Positions 1 to 12,698 of a stretch of 64,000 nucleotides of DNA are shown in pieces. How positions within the stretch are numbered: position 1 is the stretch's first letter; every line of letters begins with the position of its first letter. The DNA is from Vairimorpha necatrix (Eukaryota): assembly GCA_036630325.1 (NCBI GenBank), contig CP142733.1, positions 744,001 through 808,000 of the forward strand. Direction: 5' to 3'. The position numbers and the translations under genes are program-made. The notes below the pieces were generated by a model. It saw nothing but the letters and a program-made list of their open reading frames with translations, did no database searches and was not told where the DNA came from.

Positions 1-661
1 TGTGAAACATCTTCTGCTTCAAATGTATTGATATCATTTTTCAATACAAAACTTTCATTATGGTTTGACCTATTTAAATATTTTTTTATAGTTTTAGGCC
101 CAGAAAATTTTAATAAATTGTTTAGATAATATGCGGGAATAAATGGATTTGTTTGCTCTCCAAAGTATTTATAAGAATTTCGAAATTCTAGATTATATAA
201 ATTTATGCTATCATTAAAAACAATCGGTTCACTTGTCACGTATGTGTTGACAGTTGTTAAATCCTTCGATAGCATTAGATCTATAAAAATTTTTTTTTTC
301 TCCCATATAAAATTTTTGAGACTACTACATATTCACTCTTTAAAAATTTATTAATCTTATCTTTATCATTAGGATTCAAAATTTTATAACAATTTAAAAG
401 ATGTTCCAAGGTAATTTTTTCTTCAGGTGTTATCGGTTCGAAATAGTATGGGGCAGTATTTTTACCTAGTTCCGATCTCTGATTATAAGTTTTTATAGAT
501 TCTTTATCACAATCTATATCAACTAACTCTGTGATTAGATAGGTCCCGGGCAAAATATTATGTTTTAAAGTCATGAATACATCCGCATTGTCACTATTTG
601 GAACTACAAACAAATACGTTACACAAAGCATTGAAATATTACTAAAAAGAAAAAACATCAT
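1..661 (-). CDS. Family-A putative secreted protein, frameshifted at an A10 run, 3' end runs off the window
   Basis: CCCC-ATG at 661, hydrophobic N-terminus, FVVPNSDNADVFMTLKH..LPGTYLITEL shared with 29856/33226/44540/56599. After the T-run at 290-299 another frame continues FIDLMLSKDLTTVNTY..., homologous to FIDVMKSKNLSTVDIY of 29856, and stays open to base 1. Confidence 0.75.
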
Positions 662-1686
662 GGGGCAATAAAATTTATTCATAAATAAACAATTAATTTT
701 GTTTAATCAATATTTTTTTGTGTGTTTTACGAATAATATAAATTAAGTAGATCGTTGAAAAAGTATGAAATTTCAATTCATATATAATTATAGATAAAGT
801 GTTAGAAATATTTGTTTCATGAAATCAACAATATTAAAAGATTACAAACAAACATTATATTATTCTTATCAATGTTTTTGGGATCCAAACAAATCATAAA
901 TTTAAAATATTCAAAAAAAACTCAAATAAACAGACTGAAGTTTTTGTTAATAAACAATGAAACTCTTGGAAAAATTAATAAATTTAGTTTTACAAAAGCA
1001 TTTAGATTAACGTCTAGCAGTCAATTTAGCAAACTAGAGAATGACTCATTAATAACCAGATAATAAAGTTTATTTCATTACTGTTGTATTATTTAAAAAT
1101 TTATATATTTACCTTTTTATTTTATGAATAAAGATCTTAAAAATAAAAATTTTTATCGCGAAGGTCATTAAAATTAAAATTTTTATTTTTTTACATACTT
1201 GAACAATTTTTAGAACATATATATTTACAATAAAATAAAAAAATAGTTTGCTATTTTTTTCTAACCTGAACAGAATAAAATGAAAATTACGTTGTGAACA
1301 TATATAAATTGTAAATTATTGTATTCCAATGTTTTATTGCGCAGTGCACAGTCTGACACACTTGTTTGCAAAAATATTCAAAATTGAAATACAATATGTT
1401 TTTTAAATCGACATAATTGATCTGTTTTACCTTACTAATTACTATAACTTTTTATTATGTTTTAATGAAAAATTAACCACTTAGATAAAAAAATTGTAAA
1501 TTTGTATTTTCTCATCTTTGGATAAATTAGGTAAAATTATGTTCTTTTTTTAATAAATATATTTGGTCCTTTGAGTGTTGCTATTACATAGAATTGAATT
1601 AATTATATTTATTTAGACATTTTTTTATATCATAAATTATCCAAAGAAGGCTCGTTGTCTATTGAACACTAGTTCAATATTTTATT

Positions 1687-2238
1687 TTAATATTCAGAGG
1701 GAATGTTTTCAGCAAAATCAGTAAAGTGATAGATATCTGTATCATTCAAATTTATCTTATAGATCATACGTTCCGGAGAAAATATCAGTCTATCACTCGT
1801 TTTATAATATTCGAGATTTAAATTTTTTGAAATTTTAATTAAACTAACATGATATTTCTTTCTCAAATCAATTTGAAGTGTTGTTCTTAGAGTTGTTTTA
1901 CTTTTATTTAGCACGTGTGCCAGATAAATTACTTCGACATCATTACTACTAAAGTTTTTTAAATTATTCTCAAAATTTTGTTTATCTTCAAACGTCAATT
2001 CTTCAAAAACATATGGATTATTGCCTATTTCAAGTTCGGTTTTGTTATCGTATTTTTTAATAATACCATTTATAGTATGATCTTCTTCCATTTCAGAAAT
2101 TATAATCGTAGAGTATTTACAGTCGTAAATATTATCAAACATACTTATGTATATTTCCGACTCATTTGCATTCTTTCTGGCTATGAACAGAATGTCGAAA
2201 CATTCAATAAAGCACAAATTTAGAATATAGAATATCAT
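1687..2238 (-). CDS. Putative secreted protein, divergent relative of family A
   Basis: CCCCC-ATG, signal-peptide-like MIFYILNLCFIEC, IYIS and PYVFEELTFED motifs resembling family-A VYISL and PHYFK.IT.EE. Confidence 0.65.
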   Translation of the reverse strand: MIFYILNLCFIECFDILFIARKNANESEIYISMFDNIYDCKYSTIIISEMEEDHTINGIIKKYDNKTELEIGNNPYVFEELTFEDKQNFENNLKNFSSNDVEVIYLAHVLNKSKTTLRTTLQIDLRKKYHVSLIKISKNLNLEYYKTSDRLIFSPERMIYKINLNDTDIYHFTDFAENIPSEY

Positions 2239-5206
2239 GGGGGTAAAAAATATCAGCTTTTAAAAAAATATAAATTAAATTTTTAATTTTTTTGGGTATT
2301 TTAATTGTGCTTAAAAATATATGTTTGAAGAGTAAATATAAGAAATAGACTGAAATTTAAATTTTTGATCAAGAGAAATTTAATTTCCTTTTTTAACATA
2401 AATTGGAATGATAATTCTAAATATCAAGTAAAACTATATTAAATATTCGAATATTTATATAATCTTTAATTGACTTTTGACAATCAAATCACAAAAAAAG
2501 GTTAAAGAAACTCTTAGCTTTGCAAAAACAATTACAACAATTGTAATGTTTTTAAATTTGTAGAAAGAACCATGCTTATCCTTTAATTTAAGCACTTTAT
2601 AATTCGAAGGTCCTTATATCTTGGATTTTAGTAAAACTAGGTACACTTATATATAATTGACAAAACCAATTGTAATTTAACTCAAATATAATCGTAGTGC
2701 ATTAAGTTCATACATGGGTAAATATTGAAAACGTGTCGCCTCTTGCACGTTAAGCAATCTTTGTCTCCACAAAAGTTTTTTGGTTATACTTTATTTGTAT
2801 TTGAAATAATAGTTAGAAACAAATTTTAATAAGTTTCCGTTTATTTCCGGATTTAAAAATAGGATTTAAGCATTAAACGCATCAATCCTAACAAAATGAC
2901 AATTGCTAAAAAAAATTTTCAACAAAGACATTTCATTTTGTGAATAGTCTTGATTCATCTACGCATTTTGAAGAAGTTTTAAGCAGACAAGTATTTTTAA
3001 CAAGTTATTATAGCATAATACGAAAGCCTTTTGCAAATACATAACCAGGGTTCAATTTCGGAATTTTTTTTATTTGTGTTGACAAATTTTAAATGTTTGT
3101 AAATGCTACAATAATATTTAATTGAAAGGATAAAAACATAAGGAGTTACAGGTGAACATACGTTTAGCTTAGAATCCATCTTAAAACAAAAAAAAAAAAT
3201 TCTACCAAAGATTCTTCAATGTACTTAAAAGACTGGTTTGTGCGGTAATAGACTTGCTTGTAAACCACAGATGAAAAAATTTGAGCCAAGATGATATATA
3301 GACAAATATATCACAATTTTCTAAGACATATCTTGTAGGCTTTGTGTAACGCTGCCAAATATTTTCGGGGAAGTGGTAAGTATTTACATAATGCAAGCTG
3401 TTGATGTGATGGTTTATTAATAAGGAAAAGAGATAAGAAATAAAGTAACCTAAGATTTTAATGTGTATTAAATTCTTCTTTGTTATTTTTTGCACGAGAA
3501 AATTTCTCTAATGATACAATTTTTTAGACTTATTATCAACCGGATTAGTTTTAGTTATCAATGCCTACAATTAGATATCTGCATTGAAGGAACAAAACAA
3601 GATTTATGATAATAATTTTACGATTTCAGCTGTAGATTTTTTTTTTTCTCAACCTATTACTTGATAAAAAACAATCTTATGTAATGAAATTTGGGTTTTC
3701 TGTAAAACAATATTTTTTAGAGGTATTAAATAAACAAATTCTAAAAATTCTGCATTTTTTAGAGAATTTATACTGAATAATACGGAAATTTCGAACTAGA
3801 AATAAAAAGCATGAATGATGATTTTATGTCTGATTAGATTTTGTTCTATGTGCCACATTGAAAAAATGTAATATAATAACGTCAGTATCAAAAGGTAAAT
3901 ACAATTTAACCTTAATTTAAATACTTAGTATAATTAAATTGATAAATTTTGCAAAACAACAACAATGATTGTATAAATACACTTGATTTATTATTTTTTT
4001 TTCTAATATATTTGCTAATAATAGTACGAAATCATATTTTTTTTTTCTACGTTAACTTCAGTATTTTATTTTATGGTGTATTTGGCCAAATGTGATTAAA
4101 ATGAAGAAAATAGTATCATGTTACTTTTTATATATTTTTAAGATCATATATTACGCCTGAAAATTTTAGCATTTCGTCACAAAACAATGCCCCAGTTGAC
4201 AATGTGTTTTTAAAATGGAATATCAAAAAGGCTAATTATTTCATTTATCAAAAAAGCCGTAATTTGAGTTCAAAAAAAAACAAAAATTTCTTAATGAGCT
4301 TATGGTTAAATCAATATTAAAGTAATATGTAAACTAAAATTTTGGTTAGATTTTTAAGAATTTTTAATGTAATACATCACACAAAGATCTTAACCAAAAG
4401 ACAGCTAAGTATATCTAAATTTCGTTTTTATGACATATATCATAATACTGAGGAAAAGGGACGATCTAACGCTAAGCAAAGAGTATTATTTTTTATACAT
4501 TTTCAGCATATAAAATATTAATTATAAAATTATCTTCTGTATACGAACACATACTTCTATTTTTTTAATTTTATTTTTTGTAGATTTTGTATACACATTA
4601 AATTATCTACGTATGGTCATTAGATTTAAAATTGTTATTTTGAGTATAACTCGATAATTATTTGATCCTATTTACCTGAAATATATTAACAACGATGTAC
4701 AACAAAGTAAAAATGTGTCATATAGATTAAAAATACGTAGTTCTAAACATAATTTCTTCTTTGTTATAAAATCTAATAAAATCAATAAATCTCATTTCAA
4801 TTAAAATATATTTAAAAGAGGAAAATATTATATTTTTTTATTTGTTATAATGTTTAAATAAACAAACATTCAAATGCAACTTATTTATGATACGTTATTT
4901 AATGATGAGATTAGTTAATCAAATAAATCAGTTATTTTGTGATTTTTTAGTAAATATTACAAAAAATAATTTCAACATCCTCTTAGATTATAAGTGATAA
5001 AAAATGATTGATAGTCGATGGCAAAAAATTATTTTAGGTTTATAATCATTTTAGGAATTTTACAATAAAACATATACTTAAATTAAAATATACAATTATA
5101 AACTTCTATTGAGCAACAAAATTCTAGTTTACTTTCATAATTAAGTCATATTGAATTTTATTGAATCTTTTTGATTATATATAAAAACAATCATTTACAT
5201 ATCCCT

Positions 5207-5986
5207 ATGTTTATTATGATTTTCTACCTATTAATTGTAGGTTGTTCGGATATTCTAGATATTTACAGAACAGACGGTAGAGAAACAGATACAATTTATA
5301 TTGCTCTGTCAGATATATCGTGTATTGGCAGTTATTCAAAAATATTTTTACTTACAGAATTTAGGGAAACGGATAGTAATCATGAATTTTTTCAAATTTT
5401 TGACGGAAGATTGGGAACAAACTATAATACTTGTGCGTATTGTTTTGAAGCACTAACTCAAGAGGAAGTAGAAAATTATAAGTATTTTTTAAATATGAAG
5501 CATGCAACTAGCGACGTTAATGCACCAAGAAATCTAATGAATATTTTCAATAATAATAAACTTATCATGAAAGCGTACTTCCCAAAAAATAATACAAAAA
5601 AAACAAGTTTATATATTGGTGCACTGCACGTCTTCCAAGATCAATCTTCAATGTATTATTCTATAAGTGCAAAGCTCCAATGGTATGGTCATAATTTTTA
5701 TGATAAAATTGTATGGTTAGACAACCACAGATATACTTCTAATATTAGAGCAGACTATATTCCAACTCAATATAGAGAAAATTTTTTTAGAATGGGGAAA
5801 TATATTCATTTCCAGAATTTTATAAAGAACAGACAAATGAATGAATATGAATCGAAAAGTATTTTTTTAAAAATTACCAAACAATCGCCTAGGTCAAATC
5901 TTTGCGGAAATCAATCTTCAAAATTGACCAAAGATTCAAAATCAAAAAATATATTTAAAAGTATATTTACTTCTAATAGAAATTAA
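5207..5986 (+). CDS. Putative secreted protein, related to 1687..2238 and family A
   Basis: CCCT-ATG at 5207 in frame with the listed ORF, hydrophobic MFIMIFYLLIVGC, DIL...IYIAL and AYCFEALTQEE motifs. Confidence 0.7.
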   Translation: MFIMIFYLLIVGCSDILDIYRTDGRETDTIYIALSDISCIGSYSKIFLLTEFRETDSNHEFFQIFDGRLGTNYNTCAYCFEALTQEEVENYKYFLNMKHATSDVNAPRNLMNIFNNNKLIMKAYFPKNNTKKTSLYIGALHVFQDQSSMYYSISAKLQWYGHNFYDKIVWLDNHRYTSNIRADYIPTQYRENFFRMGKYIHFQNFIKNRQMNEYESKSIFLKITKQSPRSNLCGNQSSKLTKDSKSKNIFKSIFTSNRN

Positions 5987-7285
5987 ATAATTTTCTTAAA
6001 ATCGAAGACAAAAGTTTATTATTAATATATAAACGAGCATTATAGAATATAAAATCTGGACAAGTCATGCACTATTGAATTCTCACTTTTCAAATAAACT
6101 TGTCAATAAGTCGCAATTTAAATGATTGGCATCTTTTTTATACCATTATATTCTAAAATTTAAAAAAATAAAAATTTTTATTTATAAAATATACATACTG
6201 TCATGCGGTAAACTTACGCTGACCATCAGAATATCCACTCATAATGAATTCTGCTTTTGTCTGGTGCAAATGAGATATTTGACACTTTCAGTAATTCAAA
6301 TAGATATGTTACAAATATGGTTTCTACGCATATTCGTACAACTTTTGTTCTACTTTTATTTCCTGCCCAAAATGCTATATTTTGGAAAAAGCGTTCACGA
6401 AAAGTATTTAAGCTAATTGCTTCAATAAGGGCACAATAGTATTAAACAATTATCAAACAAACCTTTATCTTCTAAAAGCCAACTATTTCTTGTCTCGAGA
6501 CCAACTCGGCAACACATACATTATGATAATGTCCTTATATATTCAAAATCAATGTATACTGTTCTGTATATTCGGGACTTTACAATTTTAAAATAGTTTT
6601 AAACAAAAAAAATGCAATATTGTAAAAGATTTATTAAGTTACTTTATCATTAGTCTTAAAAAGTTATAACACAGGTTTCCGCGGGATCGCTCATGAAATT
6701 TGGCTCTTCATAGACTTTGGTTCTTGTATGATTATTTATGTTTTTCTCCAAATTTTCAGTTTCATTCCCCTTTGTCGACATCACCTCTTTTACAGTCGCC
6801 ATATTTTTAGTGCGCCTACAGCTCTAGTCACATATTCCTCTTCTGCATCCTCCTGATCGTATCCTCGTCGTCGTTCTAGAAAGATGGACTCTAAATTTCG
6901 AAAAATGTAATATAATGGAGCTTTGGACCACTGTGGTCAAAAAAAGGTATTTAAGCAAATTTGTCATTTTTTTACCCCAAAAATGAAAAGTCGAAAGGAA
7001 GAGCTCATGGGCATTTTCACAACTGGAATTGAAAATAAGGCTGTAAAGTGTCTAAAATGACGTTCTAAATGTAGATTTACAAATAAAAATAATTTGTATT
7101 ATTTATATTTGAAAAACATGTATTATTAAAATTTCTTCATTAAAAGACATACTGTTTCATTATAATAAATAATTATTTAAACATGTTACAGGACTACTCA
7201 TAAATTAAAAGATTATTCTGTTATGTATAAAATTGCTAATCATTAAGTAGAATTTGCAAACAAACTCAAAAACTCACACACTAAC

Positions 7286-7509
7286 TGTGGACTGATGGTT
7301 TCCCATCAGTCCGAGAAGAATGTTTTAGACTAATATTTTTATTATTCTTCATACCCTTCTGGGCATGATTTTCTTTTATAATTTTAGGCGGGAAAATATC
7401 ACCAATTTCCCTCCAAAAATTATACATGTAAAGAGGGAGAATACTTACAGCATGGTATTCTCAGATCTCCAGGGTAATCTTAGTATCACCGGAGATCTGT
7501 CCCCTGACA
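7286..7509 (-). repeat. 3' LTR of Gypsy copy 1
   Basis: Direct repeat of 11071-11294, appears identical. Confidence 0.95.
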
Positions 7510-10500
7510 CTCCCCCTTTCTTTATCGGCTCCCAGGTTTCTAGTTCAAAGTCCATCTTCTTTAGGTCTTTCCAATTCACCGAGAACACTTCATTATTAGG
7601 GCTTATTATTTCATATGCCCCTTTCTTACCCACCTTAGTTATCGTGTATGGGCCCTCGAACTTACTATCCAATTTATTTTTAATCTTGATGAGTGGTTTT
7701 CTTCTTAGCACCACGTCTCCTATCTGAAGTGTCTGTTCTTTAACATCCTTTATTTCACCTTCTCTGGCCTCTCTCTCGGCTTGTAACATAATATCCCGAG
7801 TATGCTTTAATCTTTCAAATATTAAAAAATTATCTTCCAAATATAAGGTTTCTTCTTCGGGATGTTCCCATGTCATAGGTTTTCGTCCATATAATAGCTC
7901 AAAGGGAGAGAGTCCTGTTATTTTTCTGGGAGAAATTCTGTACGCGTATAGAGCCAGTTCGACGTATTCGTCCCAGTCTTTCCACCTTCCATTTATGATC
8001 TTTGCCAATTTGGCCACTAGTGATTGATTGGTTCTTTCTACCGTGCCATTACATTGTGGGTGGTAGGCTGATGTAAAAGATTTTCTTATTTTAAATATTC
8101 TACATAGTTCTTTGACCGTACTGTTTAAAAATTCAAGTCCCCTATCTGAAAGAATTTCATTGGGTGGGCCATGTCTACATATAATCTCCTCGAATATAAA
8201 TTTAGCCACTGTTTTAGAAGTCTTATTTCTTACGGCTTTCGCTTCGCACCATCTTGTCAAGTAATCTGTGGCGACTATTAGATATATTTTACCATTCTCG
8301 GACTTAGGTAGAGGTCCTACCATATCAATTCCTACCAGTGAGAATGGATCTTTTAGGCGAATCCTGTGGTGTTCTCTTGTTATTCTTTTTGAATTGAATT
8401 TTAAACATACCTGACACTTTCCAATCACTTGTTTTATTTCCTCATACATGCCTTTCCATTTGGCTTGGTCAAGAGTTAGAGTGTATGTTGGGAGAGTGCT
8501 TCCATGTCCACATTCTTCGTGGCATTTCAGTATAAGTTCTTTACGACTCTCGGGCGATAGTTCTCGTTCATTTTTATATTTTACTGTGTGAACAAATCTT
8601 GTCAATCCGTCAGCTACAACGTTATCTTTTCCTTTTATGTATTCGATGTCATAGGAGTAATTTTCCAATGTGAGAATCCATCTCATTAGTCTTCCTGTAC
8701 TTTCTTTATAACTTAGCAGCCATTTGAGTGCTTGATGATCAGTTTTAATGGTAAAAGTATTTGTAAGATAAATACGGAATTGAGATATGCTCCATATTAT
8801 CGCCAGGCATTCTTTTTCGGTTACTGTGTAATTGATTTCAGCTGGATTTAGTTTTCTTGAAATGAAATATACAGGCATTTCTGTCTCATCGTATACTTGC
8901 ATTAGCGTTGCTCCTATATAAAGGTTTGATGCATCAGTGTACAAGATAAATTTCTTAGTGAAGTCGGGTAGCTTTAAAACGGTAGAGCTCGTAATGATCT
9001 CTTTTATTTTCTTAACACTTTGTATGGCTTCTTCCGAGAATTCAAATTTTCCTTTCTTAAGGCAATCGTAAATAGGAGCCATTATATCTGTGTAGCTCCT
9101 TATAAATTTTCTAAAGTAATTTATAAATCCAATAAAGGCTCTGGTTTCTTTAAGTGTTGTGGGAATTCTCAAATTTAGACATTTAGTCTGTTGTTCTAAC
9201 GGTATACTAATACCAGTTTTATTTATCGTGTATCCCAAGAACTTCACTGTATTCTTTCCGATTTTACATTTTCCGCAGTTGACCCTCAGTTTCAGTTTGT
9301 TTAGTATTTTAAAAACCGCTTCTACGTGTATTAGGTGCTCTTCAATTGACTTCGAATATATCATTATATCGTCCAGGTAAACTTGTACAAATCTATGTAA
9401 GTAAGGAGATAATATCGAGTTCATTATTTTCTGGAATGTAAAAGGTGCATTTACCAGCCCAAATGGCATTCTAACCCATTGGAAAGTTCCTGATCTACTT
9501 CTGAAAGCTGTTAGATGCCTATCTTTTTTTCGAATTCGTATTTGATGGTATCCCGATTCCAAGTCCAAAACTGTAAATATGGACGCTCCTTGAAGTTCTT
9601 CTATGGTTTCTTCTACGAGTGGGATTGGGTAAATCATCTTCTTTGTAATTTTATTGAGTCTCCTATAGTCTATACAAAATCGTGTATCTCCATTCGGTTT
9701 TTTTACAAGCACTACCGGAGAAGTATAGTCTGACTCACTACCCTCAATGAATCCTTTACTTAGGAATTCTTTTACTTTATTTTCGATTATTTCATTTTGT
9801 TCCGGCGATCTTCTAAATTGAATATTCTTTACCTCTGAAAAGTCATTTGTTATTTCAATCGCATGCTCAATGTCTAAGCACGATTGTTGATTATTATCAG
9901 AAAATACATCGGGATATTTTGAAATAACTTTAATGAATTTTCCCTTTTCATTCTCTGTCATATCTTCTTCTCCAACATCTGCTATTTGAATTTCGGATGC
10001 TTTCGCCGTTGTAGTGCAGATAGACTTAGTTATTTGGGTACTCTTAATTTTATCCAGTATTTTATGTAAGTTTAAGTTCAAGATATCTACTAGGCCAATT
10101 ATTAGGTCTTCTGGTAGATTATTGACTACGTGTGCCTTCAAGACTTTTGTTTTTTTGGTCTTAGGATTTTTTACTAGAAATTCTACTATCCCTTCTGACT
10201 TCACTATACCTCCTATTCCTGCTATGGTCATCGCCTCTTTTTTTGGTTTTAACCCTAATGCTTGGGCTTTATTCCTATTTATGCAGTTAATTTCGGCTCC
10301 GGTGTCAATTAGCGCAGCAATTTTTTCTTTATCTGAAAAAAGATTTATCCTGGCTCGGATATCTGTTGAATTTTTTTTTGTTTCCACTTTACCTATTTTC
10401 AGGAGTAATGATGAATTCGAATTTATCTGAACTGATTTCTTGTTTATAGTTCTATATTCTTTTTTTTCCTGTAAAGGTGTTTCCTGTTGTGGCTTCCTAA

Positions 10501-11212
10501 ATAAGTTTTTTCTTTTCTTTATGTAATTATTTATAAAAGTTTCTTTTTCTTCTAGTAGTTCTAATAACTCTATCCAGTCTTGAGTATCGTTGACTGGCTC
10601 CTTTAAAGCATCCGGAGAGTTTCTTAGTATGGCAATCTTTGATCTTTCAAAGTACTCTGTGTTTCTCTTAGCATACCTCTTTAGGTCATAAGCGTAACTT
10701 ATAATATCGCTTTCTTTTGGACCTTGAACATATAGGTGCATAAACATATCAGTGTTGTCCTCCACTAGTTTCTCCTTTATATATTTTTTTTGGAATTGGG
10801 ATTTGAACGTCTCGAAGTCTGTTATCTCTTCGCCCTCGAAAGCCTTATACCATCTCAACGCTTTGCCCTTCAGTTTGGTTTTGGCAATATCTAGCGTCTT
10901 GGCTTGTGAATAAACGTCTTCAATTTCTCTGAACTGAGATAGAAAGTCTTCGGCTTTACTTAGATCTTCGCCGGTAAATTCTGTCCATCTGTTTTGGAGA
11001 CATAGTTTTTTCATGTAAGAGCAGATGTCCTCGATCTCATTCATCTTATCCTCTTCACCGTTACCACCAATGTGGACTGATGGTTTCCCATCAGTCCGAG
11101 AAGAATGTTTTAGACTAATATTTTTATTATTCTTCATACCCTTCTGGGCATGATTTTCTTTTATAATTTTAGGCGGGAAAATATCACCAATTTCCCTCCA
11201 AAAATTATACAT
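7445..11212 (-). CDS. Gag-Pol polyprotein (PR-RT-RNaseH-IN order, Ty3/Gypsy)
   Basis: Protease ALIDTGAE, RT VRMPFGL/YLDD, RNase H YTDAS/EKECLA/TDHQAL, integrase H..H..C..C, SDRGLEF, NGTVER and GPY. The true start may be Met57 (MNEIEDIC), just after the PBS. Confidence 0.95.
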   Translation of the reverse strand: MYNFWREIGDIFPPKIIKENHAQKGMKNNKNISLKHSSRTDGKPSVHIGGNGEEDKMNEIEDICSYMKKLCLQNRWTEFTGEDLSKAEDFLSQFREIEDVYSQAKTLDIAKTKLKGKALRWYKAFEGEEITDFETFKSQFQKKYIKEKLVEDNTDMFMHLYVQGPKESDIISYAYDLKRYAKRNTEYFERSKIAILRNSPDALKEPVNDTQDWIELLELLEEKETFINNYIKKRKNLFRKPQQETPLQEKKEYRTINKKSVQINSNSSLLLKIGKVETKKNSTDIRARINLFSDKEKIAALIDTGAEINCINRNKAQALGLKPKKEAMTIAGIGGIVKSEGIVEFLVKNPKTKKTKVLKAHVVNNLPEDLIIGLVDILNLNLHKILDKIKSTQITKSICTTTAKASEIQIADVGEEDMTENEKGKFIKVISKYPDVFSDNNQQSCLDIEHAIEITNDFSEVKNIQFRRSPEQNEIIENKVKEFLSKGFIEGSESDYTSPVVLVKKPNGDTRFCIDYRRLNKITKKMIYPIPLVEETIEELQGASIFTVLDLESGYHQIRIRKKDRHLTAFRSRSGTFQWVRMPFGLVNAPFTFQKIMNSILSPYLHRFVQVYLDDIMIYSKSIEEHLIHVEAVFKILNKLKLRVNCGKCKIGKNTVKFLGYTINKTGISIPLEQQTKCLNLRIPTTLKETRAFIGFINYFRKFIRSYTDIMAPIYDCLKKGKFEFSEEAIQSVKKIKEIITSSTVLKLPDFTKKFILYTDASNLYIGATLMQVYDETEMPVYFISRKLNPAEINYTVTEKECLAIIWSISQFRIYLTNTFTIKTDHQALKWLLSYKESTGRLMRWILTLENYSYDIEYIKGKDNVVADGLTRFVHTVKYKNERELSPESRKELILKCHEECGHGSTLPTYTLTLDQAKWKGMYEEIKQVIGKCQVCLKFNSKRITREHHRIRLKDPFSLVGIDMVGPLPKSENGKIYLIVATDYLTRWCEAKAVRNKTSKTVAKFIFEEIICRHGPPNEILSDRGLEFLNSTVKELCRIFKIRKSFTSAYHPQCNGTVERTNQSLVAKLAKIINGRWKDWDEYVELALYAYRISPRKITGLSPFELLYGRKPMTWEHPEEETLYLEDNFLIFERLKHTRDIMLQAEREAREGEIKDVKEQTLQIGDVVLRRKPLIKIKNKLDSKFEGPYTITKVGKKGAYEIISPNNEVFSVNWKDLKKMDFELETWEPIKKGGVSGDRSPVILRLPWRSENTML

Positions 11213-11294
11213 GTAAAGAGGGAGAATACTTACAGCATGGTATTCTCAGATCTCCAGGGTAATCTTAGTATCACCGGAGATCTGTCCCCTGACA
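11071..11294 (-). repeat. 5' LTR of Gypsy copy 1
   Basis: Direct repeat of 7286-7509, followed on the minus strand by the PBS. Confidence 0.95.
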
Positions 11295-12167
11295 CTAACA
11301 TTAACAAATATATATAGTGTAAAGTAAAAAATTAAGAAATCAGTAATAGACCAAATAGAAACTTCAATTACTCGCCATTTGTATGATTTATGTTTAAAAT
11401 AAACATATAGATGATTTATCTATAATAAATTTAATATTCTTTTTTGTCTTCCTTTTTTTCGTTTTGACTTTACAAAAAGAGGGTGTTTTTTTAAAAAAAT
11501 ATTTATAGCCAAAAAACGCATATTGTGGGCCTGTGGCCTAATATAATATTTAATTTTTTTATTAATTGTTGGCCCCATACTGCCTTTCAATGATGTTGCT
11601 TCTATCATCATCTCTTCCACCTTAAACATTTGTATTAATATTTTAACATTAATGCAAACAAGAAAACTAAATGTTAATGTTTTTCACTTTGGAACAAATT
11701 TCTACAATATTCTTTTGTTCGTTTATTTTTTGAGATTCGACATGCGAGGAAAGGACATCTGACATGCATGAGCTAGATATCAGACGCTTTTCATTTTTTT
11801 TATCTTTATAGTTGTTATGCTAACATTAACATCACATACATTGCTTTTGCTTTATAAAAATAAATTTTTTCACAAAACAAAGAAAAAAGATTTTCACACA
11901 TTCTAATACTTTGTATGGTATATAAAACCTCAAATCCCGCATAAATTATTAAGACGATTGCTGTAAAACTAAATATGGAAGCAAAATAAAATGAAAAGAA
12001 TATAAATCAAAATTTTTAGCCTTTAAATCAAGATAATAAATTTATTTTTACGTTAAAATGTTAAACGCTAATAGGTAAATAATAATTAAGAATCTTATTT
12101 GTGTAACGTAAAAGATTGTAATACAATAAAATGATATAACCATCAAAAATAAAAAAAAGATGAGTAT

Positions 12168-12698
12168 TTAATTTTCCTTAATTCTCGTGTTTTCTTCTAT
12201 CCATTGTTTGCCTGTTTCAAGAACTTCATCGCTAGTAGTACATTTGCTGTATCTTTCCATTAATTCGCCATTTAATTTGAAAAATTCATCGCCATAATTA
12301 AAATCTTTAATTATTTCATAAGCTTCTTCTTTAAATCCACAAATATACAACCCGCAACAAATTGCTTCAACACAATTAAGTTTATAAGCCTTTCCATAAT
12401 TTACAGGATTACTAGCAACTACAAATGGTAAGAGTCTGTTGTGTCTTTTCGGAAGTTTACGAAAATCAACTTTGTCTAATTGGGCCCATGAACAATCTAT
12501 CAATCCAAGGCCAAATTTTTCAAGTAATGGTCTGTCACTTGGAGAAATGACTGAGACTGCATTTGGACTTAAAATAATACCATTAAAATATCTTTTATGA
12601 GGATAACTTGTTATTTTACCCATTTTGACTAATTTTCTGCCAGAACATCTTTTTGGATCACATTGATCAAATTCGTAAATAATTTTGTTAACAGTCAT
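12168..12698 (-). CDS. TSR3: 18S rRNA aminocarboxypropyltransferase Tsr3
   Basis: FDQCDPKRCSGRKL, LSP....ISPSDR, GLIDCSWA, RLLPFVVASNPVNYGKAYKLNCVEA and F.YG.EF..LN..L...Y motifs characteristic of Tsr3. Confidence 0.95.
   Translation of the reverse strand: MTVNKIIYEFDQCDPKRCSGRKLVKMGKITSYPHKRYFNGIILSPNAVSVISPSDRPLLEKFGLGLIDCSWAQLDKVDFRKLPKRHNRLLPFVVASNPVNYGKAYKLNCVEAICCGLYICGFKEEAYEIIKDFNYGDEFFKLNGELMERYSKCTTSDEVLETGKQWIEENTRIKEN

Larger units (their letters stand above)
7286..11294 (-). mobile_element. Full-length Ty3/Gypsy LTR retrotransposon, copy 1 (4009 bp)
   Basis: 224-bp TG..CA LTRs at 7286-7509 and 11071-11294, 5-bp TSD CTAAC (7281-7285, 11295-11299), PBS TGGTGGTAACGG next to the 5' LTR, PPT AAAGAAAGGGGGAG, intact gag-pol. 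Confidence 0.97.

Noticed and set aside
6200..7060. GC-richer patches and the palindrome GACCAC-T-GTGGTC near 6926
   Set aside because: Looks like a decayed transposon, but I could not find a matching end, TSD or convincing protein motif
7365..10430. Antisense ORFs within the Gypsy copies (also 60461, 61511, 63164) and within RepHel (36842, 37247, 39872)
   Set aside because: Shadow ORFs on the opposite strand of long coding sequences, with no CCC start context or motifs
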